A stretch of 64,000 bases of DNA from Candidatus Woesearchaeota archaeon (GTDB lineage Archaea; Nanobdellota; Nanobdellia; Woesearchaeales; JACPJR01): NCBI GenBank assembly GCA_016187565.1, contig JACPJR010000010.1:68596-132595 (forward strand). Reading direction: 5' to 3'. The first letter of the stretch is position 1; every line of letters starts with the position of its first letter. A model generated the notes under the pieces. That model was not told where the DNA came from. It saw nothing but the letters and a program-made list of their open reading frames with translations, and did no database searches. Shown here in pieces: positions 1 to 9,535 of this stretch. A program made the translations under genes and the position numbers.

Positions 1-1020
1 AATAATACTCTTGATGGGAACGGGTATGGAATTGACATTTCTTTGGGTTTTCGTAACCAGGTTCTAGGAAACAAGGTGAGTAATAATAAGTATCCTGGCA
101 TTAATCTTTACGGTGATAACAACACTATTTTGACGAATTCTCTAGAGAATAATAGCCATGGTCTTTTTTTCGCTGAATTATCAAATAACAATACGATAAC
201 CAAGAATCAGATTATGCATAATAAGGACAGTGGTATAACCTTACATGGGTTAAACAATACCATCTCTCGCAACAGTATGAGTAATAATGATAACGGTATT
301 GTCTTTACAAATGCTAGTTTTAATACACTCTTTGAAAATAATATTCTAGGAAATAATCGTTCTGGTGTTTCTCTGGAAGATGGTTCAAGGGGTAATCTTT
401 TTTTCGAAAACTATTTTTTACATAATAGGATAAACGCCTATGAAGAGGTAGCTTCACGCTTTAATCAATGGAATTTGAGCACTGATGGTAATTACTGGTC
501 AGATTTTGCACGAAACCCTGGATACCCTATGTTTTATCAAATATCTGGTCCAGGTCAGGGTATTGACTGGTTCCCTCGTGAACCTTCCTTTACCATCATC
601 GATGATAGTGATCCTGGATTTTTAGTACTTTCAGGAAATTGGTGGCCTGTTAATCTCACGGATGCCTACAATGGGCAGAGTAGGTATAAGCTTCCTGGTA
701 ATGGGAGTGGAAGTGTTGGATGGCGTGTTGATAACCTTCTTGCTCCAAGGAGCTATGCAGTATTTGTCTGGAGGTTCGGTCACCGCTATTCACCAGACAT
801 GGCTACGAACGCTCCTTATAGAGTCTACCACCGTCAAGGAACTAGTCCCCGGATTGAGGTTGATCAATCTGCACCAGGGAGTGCATGGATTTCTCTTGGG
901 GTGTATGATTTTAATGCTGCGAGTCTGCAAGGGGTTATTCTGAATGACTTTGCCAATGGTTATGTTCTCGCAGATGCTCTTCAATTTTTTCCGGTCTGGA
1001 ATACAAGTAATGGTGAATAG
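1..1020 (+). CDS. Right-handed parallel beta-helix repeat protein (NosD / pectate-lyase-like PbH1 repeats), 5'-truncated by the window edge
   Basis: The frame is open from nt 1. There are recurring ~22-aa units of the form N-x-I-x-x-N / G-I-x-L (for example NNTILTNSLENNSHGLFF, NNTITKNQIMHNKDSGITL, NNTISRNSMSNNDNGIVF), which is the pattern of PbH1 beta-helix repeats. The C-terminal ~150 aa is non-repeat. Confidence 0.55.
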   Translation, partial: NNTLDGNGYGIDISLGFRNQVLGNKVSNNKYPGINLYGDNNTILTNSLENNSHGLFFAELSNNNTITKNQIMHNKDSGITLHGLNNTISRNSMSNNDNGIVFTNASFNTLFENNILGNNRSGVSLEDGSRGNLFFENYFLHNRINAYEEVASRFNQWNLSTDGNYWSDFARNPGYPMFYQISGPGQGIDWFPREPSFTIIDDSDPGFLVLSGNWWPVNLTDAYNGQSRYKLPGNGSGSVGWRVDNLLAPRSYAVFVWRFGHRYSPDMATNAPYRVYHRQGTSPRIEVDQSAPGSAWISLGVYDFNAASLQGVILNDFANGYVLADALQFFPVWNTSNGE

Positions 1021-1256
1021 ACCTCTTTTACTCTTTTTATTTTGAAAGAATTAGGTTCAAATGAAAATGTTTTAAGAGACAAATAGAGAAAATAGCAGTT
1101 CAACCTTTGACTGGCGTGTTGTTGCTAAGCGACGGGGCTATGAGAACACAAGGACGGAATTAAGTGAAGGAACAGCAGCTGACCCTTATTTTTTAGCAGA
1201 AACCAAAACTTCACAAGCGAGGAACAGTTAGTTCCTCTTAATTTTTAATTTATTCT

Positions 1257-2387
1257 TTGCACGTCTTCTCGGGGTTTAGCACAAATTATTTAAAGAACAG
1301 GATTCCTTTATCTTTGTGTAGCACAAAGCTCTGTACCATGGGACTACTGCAAAATCTTGGTAAATATCAAAAAAAAGAGGATAGGGGAGAAAAAGATCGA
1401 TTAGGTTCTTCGGGAATGAGCAATCTCCTCGACGAAAAAAAAGAACAAATATTGCTGGAAAATCCAGGATTATCTAAGGAAACTGAGCTCAATGAGGCTC
1501 TTTCTCTACCTTTATCAATGGAACAGAATTCAAATCTCCAAGATGCAGCAGCCCTAAGTTCAACCACGACCACGGTCTTGCCTTCATCCAATTCCTTAGA
1601 CATGGCCTCTATCAGGGCATCCATAAAGAAAAAACTCCATCATGGTAACACCGACAAGGCATTCATTCCATCTCAACTACAAACCCAGTCTCTGTTACAG
1701 CAGCGTGTGTGCACGGGCATTCCTGGGCTGGATCAGGTTATGGAAGGCGGTTTACTTTCTGGATCAGTTACCTTGATTGGTGGAGGAGCTGGTTGTGGAA
1801 AATCTATTTTGGGTATGCAATTCCTTGTTCAGGGCGTTGAACAGTACAATGAACCGGGCATTTACCTGAGTTTCGAAGAGACTCCTACAAATATATTTAG
1901 GGACTTCTATCGTTTTAGCTGGAACATTGAACAAAAGATAAAGGATAAAAAATTAACTATCCTTTCCTATACACCAGAGCAAGTAGCCAAAGTGCTTGAG
2001 TCTGGTGGTGGTACCGTAAGAGACGCTATTGAAAGTATTGGTGCAAAGCGTTTAGTGTTAGATTCATTAACCGCCTTTACCTTACTCCATGAAACTGAAC
2101 TTGCAAAGCGAAAAGCGGTCTTAAAACTTGCAGAAACACTGGCTTCATGGGGCATTACGGCTTTACTTATCGCTGAGCAGGAACCAGACCCTGAGCGTCA
2201 TTTATCAACCATTGCAGAGTTTCAAACTGACGGGGTTATTTTGCTCTACAACATCCGCAAAGGGGATATCCGTGAACGAAGTTTAGAGATATTTAAGATG
2301 CGTGGCGTCAAGCATGCAGCTAAGATCTTTCCTATGCGGATTGATGAACGGGGTATAACGATCTATCCCGAAGAAACGATTTTTTAA
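1257..2387 (+). CDS. KaiC-like RecA-superfamily ATPase (single KaiC domain)
   Basis: It has a Walker A motif (GGGAGCGKS) inside the context GIPGLDQVMEGGLLSGSVTLIGG, followed by the KaiC/RadA-like core IYLSFEETP...LVLDSLTAF. The N-terminal ~100 aa is low-complexity, so the start is uncertain. Confidence 0.6.
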   Translation: MHVFSGFSTNYLKNRIPLSLCSTKLCTMGLLQNLGKYQKKEDRGEKDRLGSSGMSNLLDEKKEQILLENPGLSKETELNEALSLPLSMEQNSNLQDAAALSSTTTTVLPSSNSLDMASIRASIKKKLHHGNTDKAFIPSQLQTQSLLQQRVCTGIPGLDQVMEGGLLSGSVTLIGGGAGCGKSILGMQFLVQGVEQYNEPGIYLSFEETPTNIFRDFYRFSWNIEQKIKDKKLTILSYTPEQVAKVLESGGGTVRDAIESIGAKRLVLDSLTAFTLLHETELAKRKAVLKLAETLASWGITALLIAEQEPDPERHLSTIAEFQTDGVILLYNIRKGDIRERSLEIFKMRGVKHAAKIFPMRIDERGITIYPEETIF

Positions 2388-2481
2388 GCCATTCTAGCCC
2401 TAATCATAATGATAATTTCGTCTTTTTCATTGATTTCTCTCATATTTTCGAAATTCTTCTACGAATCCTACCAAAACCCCT

Positions 2482-5139
2482 ATGAATAGTTTCAGATCTA
2501 ACTGCTGTATGGCTGATTTTATCAGAGTATACACCAGACACCCGAAACAATACTTTTCTCTCTTACTCTTTGGTATGATACTTTTAGTAAGCAACCTACC
2601 CTTTACCCATGCAGAGCTTATGCTTAACGAAATTATGTACAATCCCTCTACCCTGATGGGAGATGATTCTGATGTGGAATGGGTTGAGCTTTACTATGTT
2701 GATCCTCTGTACCCTTTATCCAATAATTCATTGAACCTTTCAGCGTGGGAACTGATCATTGGAGGGAAAACAACAACTTTAGAAGGTGATCTTGCTTCAG
2801 ACAGTTACGTTATTGTCGCTAGAGAACTCCATGATGGTTCAGATGTGGATAATGATAGTTTCCTGTCTTTTTATGGTGAGAATCTCTCAGCTATTGCAAT
2901 AGATGGGTATTGGGATTATCTTTCGAATGAAGAAGGAACGATTATTCTTCAGAATCCATCCCAAAATATTTCATTGACGGGTACCTATACTGATGCCTTA
3001 GGAGCTGATGGTAATGGTAATTCGCTTGAGTATGCAAACGAAACGTTCTTTGAAAGTCTAACCTTGTACGGAACTCCTGGTTATCAAAACAGTGTTCTTG
3101 AAAATCTTCCAGGTTTTAACCAGACAAATGAAACAAATGAAAGCAACGAGACCAATGAAACAACGAGCTATGATCTCGAACTGAGCATTTCGCTCGACAA
3201 TCTCCTCTCGAGCAATGTTTCCTACGACCATTTATTTACCCTTACTAATCTTGTTTACCAAGAGGGAGATCAGGAAAACATTACGGTAACGGTTAACTAC
3301 ACGGTTTTTAATAGTGCGGGAGAACAAGAACGGTTGTATGAGAGCAATTTTACCACCCATCTTCTTTCCGTTACTAATGATGGAACCGGTAATTATACCT
3401 TTCCCGGCGAGGGGAATTATACCTTGTGTGGACGTATTCTCTATGCCTTTATTAACGAAACAAATCCACTCAATGAAACAAATCTGTCGAATAATGAGGT
3501 TTGTCAACAAATCATTGTTCTTCATACGATATTGCAGCCTTGTGATATTTCATTAACAATCCTCACACCAAAAGATCTCTATTTCACCAATGAATCTCTC
3601 GAGTTTACACCAACGCTCAATAACGAGAGCTTTTTATTTACCATTGAATATTGGATTGAGGATCTTTTTGGTATGGTGGTAAAGTCTCCGTACAATACCA
3701 GCAACACCAACCAAAAATCATGGACTCCTGATGAGGAACAGATTAATGTTTACCGCATTAAGGCACGCCTTGTTATGCTTGCCTGCAATGATTCTTTTCT
3801 TGACGACAATGTGGCTGAAAAAAGGGTTATTGTTCAAGGAGAAAAGCCATTTTCTCCGGTTCTTGAAGTTGAGGACATCATGCTCGGTAGTGACGAGGAG
3901 GCTGCTTTTGGAGAAGATATTCCGGTAAAGCTATCGATCTCTCGAGGGAATAGCACCAAATCAAGTATTGATCTTTGGGTTGAGGATAGTGATCAACAAA
4001 AGGTAAGTACGGTAAGTTCTGTTCGAGTTTACGATTCATATACCACCTACAAAGTTACCGTGCCTGTACAACTTAAACCGAATTGTGATGACGCATTTCC
4101 TGACACCAATTACACCCTTAAGATAGAAGGTCTTAATGGGGAAATAAATACCTCTTTGGTTGTTCATGGAAAGACAAGTTCACTTTGCCCTTCTGCATCC
4201 TGTCCTCAACAACAATCCTGTGGAAATTCTCCTTCTTCCTCTACCTCCTCTTTTGCCCCACCTCCAAAAGATCTCTCATTTGAGGTACTTACGCTTCCCG
4301 ATCATATGATTCTTGAAACACCCTTCTCAACGAAAATTCGTATCACGAACAGTGGAACTCTCGAACGTACTGCAACGCTCTGGAGTTATGCTTATCGAGG
4401 GAATAAAGCCTACTCAGGAGAACGGGAGGCAAATAAGCAAGAAACAATCATAAAGCCTGGTGGTCAGGTGACGCTTGTTTTGACCAACACGATTGTTGCT
4501 GCAGAGCCGGGAATCTATCAGTTCAAAGTCAAGTACAAAAAAGACGACCAGAAAACAGAAAATGATTTGATAACCACCAATATAACACTCGCAGAAAATC
4601 TTCAAGAAAATGCATTACCCTCGCCCTCTGTTTCCATCACCGATTTTTATACCAGACATCGAAAATTTGCCGATGAAATTACCTTATATGTTGCGCTTTC
4701 CTCGCCCGAAATAACAAATGTTACCGTTGTTGTTGAGGGAGTTTCCTTTACAAATGCAACCTCGGTGTTGGTTAATGGCACAGAGATTATTGCATTTCCC
4801 GCCTTTCTTTATCCTGGGAAAAATGTTTTTTTTACCACGGTCTTTGATTCTCAGAATATTTCCTTGGGATTTCAACGCTTAGTTCTTTTTGCCAATGAGA
4901 CAACCATCAAAACCCTTAACGAATCAGAAGTATTGTACCTTTCAAAAGATGATGGTAACTCCCTCACTAATACATTCACTGGCTCCGGTCTTCCCCAAAT
5001 AACTGGTTCTGTTACTGGAGACTCTTTGGTTTATGAGTCCACCACAGCAAAAGCAAAAACAATGGTGTTACCGCTCCTTATTGTTGTTTTGGCCCTGATT
5101 TCAGTAACACTTGCATGGAAATTTTGGAAAGGAAAATAA
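2482..5139 (+). CDS. Cell-surface glycoprotein with an N-terminal lamin-tail domain (LTD) and a C-terminal transmembrane anchor
   Basis: The N-terminus is a hydrophobic signal or anchor. An LTD signature follows (LNEIMYNPSTLMGDDSDVEWVELYYVD ... SAWELIIGG ... SYVIVARE). There is an NETNESNETNET repeat and dozens of N-x-S/T sequons. The C-terminus is hydrophobic (MVLPLLIVVLALISVTLAWKFWKGK). Confidence 0.6.
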   Translation: MNSFRSNCCMADFIRVYTRHPKQYFSLLLFGMILLVSNLPFTHAELMLNEIMYNPSTLMGDDSDVEWVELYYVDPLYPLSNNSLNLSAWELIIGGKTTTLEGDLASDSYVIVARELHDGSDVDNDSFLSFYGENLSAIAIDGYWDYLSNEEGTIILQNPSQNISLTGTYTDALGADGNGNSLEYANETFFESLTLYGTPGYQNSVLENLPGFNQTNETNESNETNETTSYDLELSISLDNLLSSNVSYDHLFTLTNLVYQEGDQENITVTVNYTVFNSAGEQERLYESNFTTHLLSVTNDGTGNYTFPGEGNYTLCGRILYAFINETNPLNETNLSNNEVCQQIIVLHTILQPCDISLTILTPKDLYFTNESLEFTPTLNNESFLFTIEYWIEDLFGMVVKSPYNTSNTNQKSWTPDEEQINVYRIKARLVMLACNDSFLDDNVAEKRVIVQGEKPFSPVLEVEDIMLGSDEEAAFGEDIPVKLSISRGNSTKSSIDLWVEDSDQQKVSTVSSVRVYDSYTTYKVTVPVQLKPNCDDAFPDTNYTLKIEGLNGEINTSLVVHGKTSSLCPSASCPQQQSCGNSPSSSTSSFAPPPKDLSFEVLTLPDHMILETPFSTKIRITNSGTLERTATLWSYAYRGNKAYSGEREANKQETIIKPGGQVTLVLTNTIVAAEPGIYQFKVKYKKDDQKTENDLITTNITLAENLQENALPSPSVSITDFYTRHRKFADEITLYVALSSPEITNVTVVVEGVSFTNATSVLVNGTEIIAFPAFLYPGKNVFFTTVFDSQNISLGFQRLVLFANETTIKTLNESEVLYLSKDDGNSLTNTFTGSGLPQITGSVTGDSLVYESTTAKAKTMVLPLLIVVLALISVTLAWKFWKGK

Positions 5140-5275
5140 TTTTGGCGTTTCTCTTGAATTATGCAAACAAGATTCTGAAAACTTTAAGAATTTTCTGAGG
5201 GAGTACCTTTAAAGTAGTAACCTTGAGAAACATTTAAATACGTCCTGTTGATCCGTAAAACAAGGAGGTAATACT

Positions 5276-5590
5276 ATGCAAGAGACTTATCACGTTCAAG
5301 GCAAGAACGAATTTTTGGAAGCAAGGCTTGTTGAAGAAAGTGGACGACAAGTGGTGCTTACTTATAGAAATGCAAGGGGAGACACAGCTACGGTAACTAT
5401 CCAACATGGTTTAAGCACTTCAGTAAAAGGAAGATACACCGGTGGACTCATAACTGACCAGGGGATAGGAGGCTATCTTCTTGGATTAGACAGACTTGGA
5501 CCAGAGTTAAGAGCACAAATTCCATCAGATTGGTATCAAGACTTAGGAAACTGGCTTGCGTCCAAAGAACATATTAAGTGTGATGAATAA
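5276..5590 (+). CDS. Hypothetical protein
   Basis: A 104-aa ORF with a strong RBS (aaGGAGGtaatactATG). No recognisable motif. Confidence 0.45.
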   Translation: MQETYHVQGKNEFLEARLVEESGRQVVLTYRNARGDTATVTIQHGLSTSVKGRYTGGLITDQGIGGYLLGLDRLGPELRAQIPSDWYQDLGNWLASKEHIKCDE

Positions 5591-5630
5591 ATTTCACAAT
5601 CTTTATAACTAATGTTCCTATTCTTGGTGT

Positions 5631-6272
5631 ATGGCACTCCTGAGTTTTGCGCAACAAGATATCTCTCTTGAAGATTTTACCGATCCTTCACGAAGACCAC
5701 CATTTCTTCAGGATGCACTCCAGCACGATACCCATCTTGATTACTTAATTTCTCAATTGGATACGGGTGGGATCTCTCTCAGGATTGATACCGATTCTTC
5801 TGATTATGAACGGTTTCAACCTTTGTTTACTCAGCATATTCAACCATTGGTAGAGGCATCTGGATATGCTGTTGACGATGCTCGGCTTCTCCTTGGTGAG
5901 GTATATGTAAATGCAGTACTTCATGGCAACGAAGCAGGCGAAATTCTGGAGTACCGACGGAGAGGATTGCCTATTCCAGAGCATCATGATGAAAATCTCC
6001 AAAAACATATCACGGTTGAGTATCTCCTTAGTCCTGCATTTTACCTTCTTCGGGTTACTGACGAGGGAGAGGGATTTGATATAACTTCAATCCAACATGA
6101 TTTGACTCCAGAGCATCATCTAAGTAAATCCGGAGGAACAGGACAAGTAATGATCTTTCGATTATCGGATTCTTTTTATTACACGCCACCAGGAAACCGA
6201 ATCACTATGGTAGTCTATCATCCCACGGTTAAGCAAGAAAGAATTTGCAGCGCATCTGCAGCACAGTCATGA
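5631..6272 (+). CDS. Stand-alone GHKL (HATPase_c) ATPase, anti-sigma-factor/serine-kinase-like
   Basis: It has an N-box (EVYVNAVLHGNE), a G1 box (VTDEGEGFD) and a G2 box (KSGGTGQVMI). There is no His-kinase dimerisation or phosphoacceptor domain. Confidence 0.5.
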   Translation: MALLSFAQQDISLEDFTDPSRRPPFLQDALQHDTHLDYLISQLDTGGISLRIDTDSSDYERFQPLFTQHIQPLVEASGYAVDDARLLLGEVYVNAVLHGNEAGEILEYRRRGLPIPEHHDENLQKHITVEYLLSPAFYLLRVTDEGEGFDITSIQHDLTPEHHLSKSGGTGQVMIFRLSDSFYYTPPGNRITMVVYHPTVKQERICSASAAQS

Positions 6273-6317
6273 GATTTAGTCGTGAAATTTATAAAGCCCG
6301 TTCTGTTTATTCCTTTT

Positions 6318-8543
6318 ATGTGCGGTATTATGGGCATCTTTGGTACAAAGTACGCAACCTCTTCTTTAGTGCATGGACTATCCATGATGGCAAACCGTGG
6401 TCAGGATGGGTATGGTATCTCTGATGGTCACCAGTTTTTGTTTGAAAAAAAACTGACAAAACTCCGAGAGAAGACATCTCATCCTCGATGTGCATTTGCG
6501 GATAAAATAGCAATGGTTGGTCATTGCTTGCATTCGATTGTTGGTTTTGTTCCACAACCTTTACTTGGTAAAGGCACACTTGTGGTGAACAGCGAAATCT
6601 ACAACTGGCAAACATTAGCCAAAAAATATGGTTTTTCCATAACTCCTTCTTCTGTTTCTTCCTCAACACTGACTTCAGCTCGTTTTTCTGTTGCAAATGA
6701 TGCAGAGCTTCTGCTCAAGCTCTTGGATACGCATTCAGTAGAGCAGTTCCCTGCACTTCTTGAAGAACTTGATGGAGTCTATGCATTTGCTTACTGGCGT
6801 CAGAATACCCTTATCCTTGCACGTGATATCTTAGGCGTCAAGCCTCTTTGGTATGCAACACAGCCAAATTTTGCATTTGCGTCTGAACGTAAGGTTTTAG
6901 AAGTGCTCCATTACTATCCTATAACCGAAGTAAATCCGCGAAAGGTATTGCTTTACACTCCTGAAACAGGGATCCAGAGTATTTCACGCTCTTTTTTTAC
7001 TATTACTCCTGAACATACAGCCCTAAAAAGAGGAATGGAAAAAGAACTTTGGGGTTTGTTGACTAATGCAATTGCTAAACGTATCCCGGATCAACCATTT
7101 GGTATTTTATTCTCCGGTGGCATTGATTCAACAATCATTGCTTCTATTTGCCAGCAATTAGGATTGCCGTTTACCTGTTACACAGCAGCCCTTGCTCCTC
7201 AGCCTGGGCAAAAGACCGCTGAAGATCTCATCATGGCAAAAAAAGTTGCTGAACATTTCGGATTTAAACTAAAAACACGAATCATTTCGCTGCAAGAAAT
7301 GCAAGCATATCTTCCTAAAGTAGTACCACTTATTGAAGATACCAATGTGGTGAAGGTTGGTGTAGCATTACCCTTTTATCTTGCCTGTGAAATTGCAAAA
7401 AAAGAGGGGATAAAAGTAATGTTTTCAGGGTTGGGTTCAGAAGAACTTTTTGCTGGCTATGAGCGTCATAAGAATGCATTACTTCAGGAAGCTAACGTCA
7501 ATAAAGAATGTCTTTCCGGGCTCTTGAAATTGTACGAACGAGATACGTATCGTGATGACGTTGTCACCATGCATCATGGTATTGAACTGCGATTACCATT
7601 TTTGGACAAAGACCTCGTAACTTATGCATTAAAAATTCCGACGAAATATAAATTAGATGGTCCACAAAAAGAGCATCCTCAAAGCAAGAAGATTTTGCGT
7701 GATACTGCACGGCAGATGGGCATTCCTGAAGAAATAGCAATGCGCAAAAAGCGAGCCGCGCAATATGGAAGCAATGTTGATAAGGGATTAGCACAACTAG
7801 CGAAGCAACAGGGATTTTCACATAAATCAGCTTATCTTCAACAATTTCTTCCAAGAAAAAACCTTACCCTCGGTGTTCTTTTCAGCTCTGGAAAGGATAG
7901 TTGTTTTGCTATGTATGTCATGCATCGACAAAATTATGAGATAGCTTGTCTTATAACCATCAAAAGTAACAACCCCGATTCGTATATGTTTCATACACCA
8001 AACATTGATCTTGCAGACCTTCAGGCACAGGCATTGGGCATACCTCTTGTTGTACAAATAACTGAAGGCCAGAAGGAAGAAGAATTACAAGATCTTTATC
8101 AGGCATTATATACTGCACGAGAAAAATACCACCTTGATGGAATTATTACTGGCGCTCTGTATTCAACCTATCAACGAGACCGTATTGAACATATCGGTGA
8201 TACCCTTGGGCTTAAGATCTTTTCACCCTTATGGCATATGCATCAAGAAGAAGAATTAAAGATGCTTATTGATAATAACTTTGTTGTTCTTATCGGAGCT
8301 ATAGCCGCTGAAGGACTTGATGAACATTGGTTAGGAAGAAAACTTGACGCAATGATGATTGAAGACTTACGAAAATTGCACGAGAAATACGGTCTTAATA
8401 TTGCGGGAGAGGGTGGCGAATTTGAAAGTCTCGTGCTTGACTGCCCGATGTTTCACAAGCGCATCGAGATTGTCAAAGCAACAACAACAATGGAGTCCGT
8501 TAACCGCGGAAGATATATTGTCCATGATGCCAGATTAGTATAG
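6318..8543 (+). CDS. Fusion protein: glutamine-hydrolysing asparagine synthase (AsnB-like) fused to a C-terminal PP-loop ATPase of the Dph6/MJ0570 (diphthine-ammonia ligase-like) family
   Basis: The N-terminus MCGIMGIFG carries the Ntn-amidotransferase Cys2 nucleophile, so I moved the start to ATG 6318. The central region has the AsnB PP-loop FGILFSGGIDSTIIASI. The C-terminal ~230 aa has a second PP-loop (LFSSGKDSCFAM) and the Dph6-type motif GEGGEFESLVLDCPMF. Confidence 0.7.
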   Translation: MCGIMGIFGTKYATSSLVHGLSMMANRGQDGYGISDGHQFLFEKKLTKLREKTSHPRCAFADKIAMVGHCLHSIVGFVPQPLLGKGTLVVNSEIYNWQTLAKKYGFSITPSSVSSSTLTSARFSVANDAELLLKLLDTHSVEQFPALLEELDGVYAFAYWRQNTLILARDILGVKPLWYATQPNFAFASERKVLEVLHYYPITEVNPRKVLLYTPETGIQSISRSFFTITPEHTALKRGMEKELWGLLTNAIAKRIPDQPFGILFSGGIDSTIIASICQQLGLPFTCYTAALAPQPGQKTAEDLIMAKKVAEHFGFKLKTRIISLQEMQAYLPKVVPLIEDTNVVKVGVALPFYLACEIAKKEGIKVMFSGLGSEELFAGYERHKNALLQEANVNKECLSGLLKLYERDTYRDDVVTMHHGIELRLPFLDKDLVTYALKIPTKYKLDGPQKEHPQSKKILRDTARQMGIPEEIAMRKKRAAQYGSNVDKGLAQLAKQQGFSHKSAYLQQFLPRKNLTLGVLFSSGKDSCFAMYVMHRQNYEIACLITIKSNNPDSYMFHTPNIDLADLQAQALGIPLVVQITEGQKEEELQDLYQALYTAREKYHLDGIITGALYSTYQRDRIEHIGDTLGLKIFSPLWHMHQEEELKMLIDNNFVVLIGAIAAEGLDEHWLGRKLDAMMIEDLRKLHEKYGLNIAGEGGEFESLVLDCPMFHKRIEIVKATTTMESVNRGRYIVHDARLV

Positions 8544-8598
8544 CTTATTGGCAATTTTGCCATAAGTCTTATATATTCTAAAACCTTTCTCCGCTCTA

Positions 8599-9486
8599 AT
8601 GGTAACAGTTTCAGTTACAGACCTTTCTGCATATCTTTTTTGTCCTAGAACCCTCTACTTACGACGAGTGTTAAAAATTGTTCCTCCTCCTCGGGAAGTT
8701 ATGGTTAAAGGAACAATTAAGCATGCCATAATAGATCTCATGAATCGGCGAGAGCAAACCATTGTGACTTCTGTGCGAAGATTTATTTCTTATCCAGAGG
8801 TCTATCATATTTATAAAACAACCTATGGAAAACTGTTACGTATGACCATACTCAATAATCATCCTGCCTTAGCTGCTGTCGGTATTAGTGATCAAGAGAT
8901 GTTCCGCCTTGCATGGCCTATGGTTTTGCGTGAAACCGAAGAACGGGCTCAGCATCTTTTTCAGTTCGTGAAAACCAATCAAATCTTTGGTGAGGAACTG
9001 TGGGATCGTCTTGAACCGAAGATTAAGTCAGAATTAAGCATTACCTCTGACAAACTTCAATTAAATGGAGTCGTCGATCAGATTAGAATTTATCCTGATA
9101 AGATTGTTCCTTATGAACTCAAGAGTGGCAAAACTCCACCAGAAGGTGAAATCTGGAAGAGTCACAAAATACAATTGACCGGCTATGCGTTACTTTTGGA
9201 AGAATCCTTTGGAAGGCCAATTAACGAAGGGATTATTCGGTATCTGGATGCTGAACGTCGAACTTCTCACGAAGAGACTTTAGATGTAATACCATCAGTC
9301 CATGATGATCGCATCCTTGCTATCAATCCTTTTTTGCGTGATGAAGTGAAAGCATTAATTCAGAAAGTTCAAATCCTGCTTTCATCACCGATTGTTCCAC
9401 CTAAATGTCCTGAAAAGAAAGGATGTAAAGAATGCATGGCAGACCGACTATCAAGTCCAAAAGAGAGTGCTCCTCTAGAATCATGA
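8599..9486 (+). CDS. Cas4-like / RecB-family PD-(D/E)xK nuclease (DUF83), stand-alone
   Basis: The N-terminus SVTDLSAYLFCPRTLYLRRV carries the Cas4 N-terminal Cys. Nuclease motifs are present (VDQIRIY ... YELKSGK ... QLTGYALLLEE, the QhxxY motif). There is a C-terminal Cys cluster (PKCPEKKGCKEC) consistent with Fe-S ligands. No CRISPR array or other cas genes are in the window. Confidence 0.6.
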   Translation: MVTVSVTDLSAYLFCPRTLYLRRVLKIVPPPREVMVKGTIKHAIIDLMNRREQTIVTSVRRFISYPEVYHIYKTTYGKLLRMTILNNHPALAAVGISDQEMFRLAWPMVLRETEERAQHLFQFVKTNQIFGEELWDRLEPKIKSELSITSDKLQLNGVVDQIRIYPDKIVPYELKSGKTPPEGEIWKSHKIQLTGYALLLEESFGRPINEGIIRYLDAERRTSHEETLDVIPSVHDDRILAINPFLRDEVKALIQKVQILLSSPIVPPKCPEKKGCKECMADRLSSPKESAPLES

Positions 9487-9535
9487 TTCTCGTGATACTC
9501 TTATTCTATGATCTAAAAATGGTCGGTAAAATGCA

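Noticed and set aside
662-984. Nested or antisense small ORFs within the beta-helix gene, and similar 60-130-aa antisense ORFs inside most large genes (e.g. 3232..3556, 6328..6696, 7564..8057, 40181..40573, 42475..42933, 43687..44652, 45100..45946, 49434..49817)
   Set aside because: They are embedded in or antisense to longer ORFs with clear domain evidence. They have no RBS and their composition is low-complexity.
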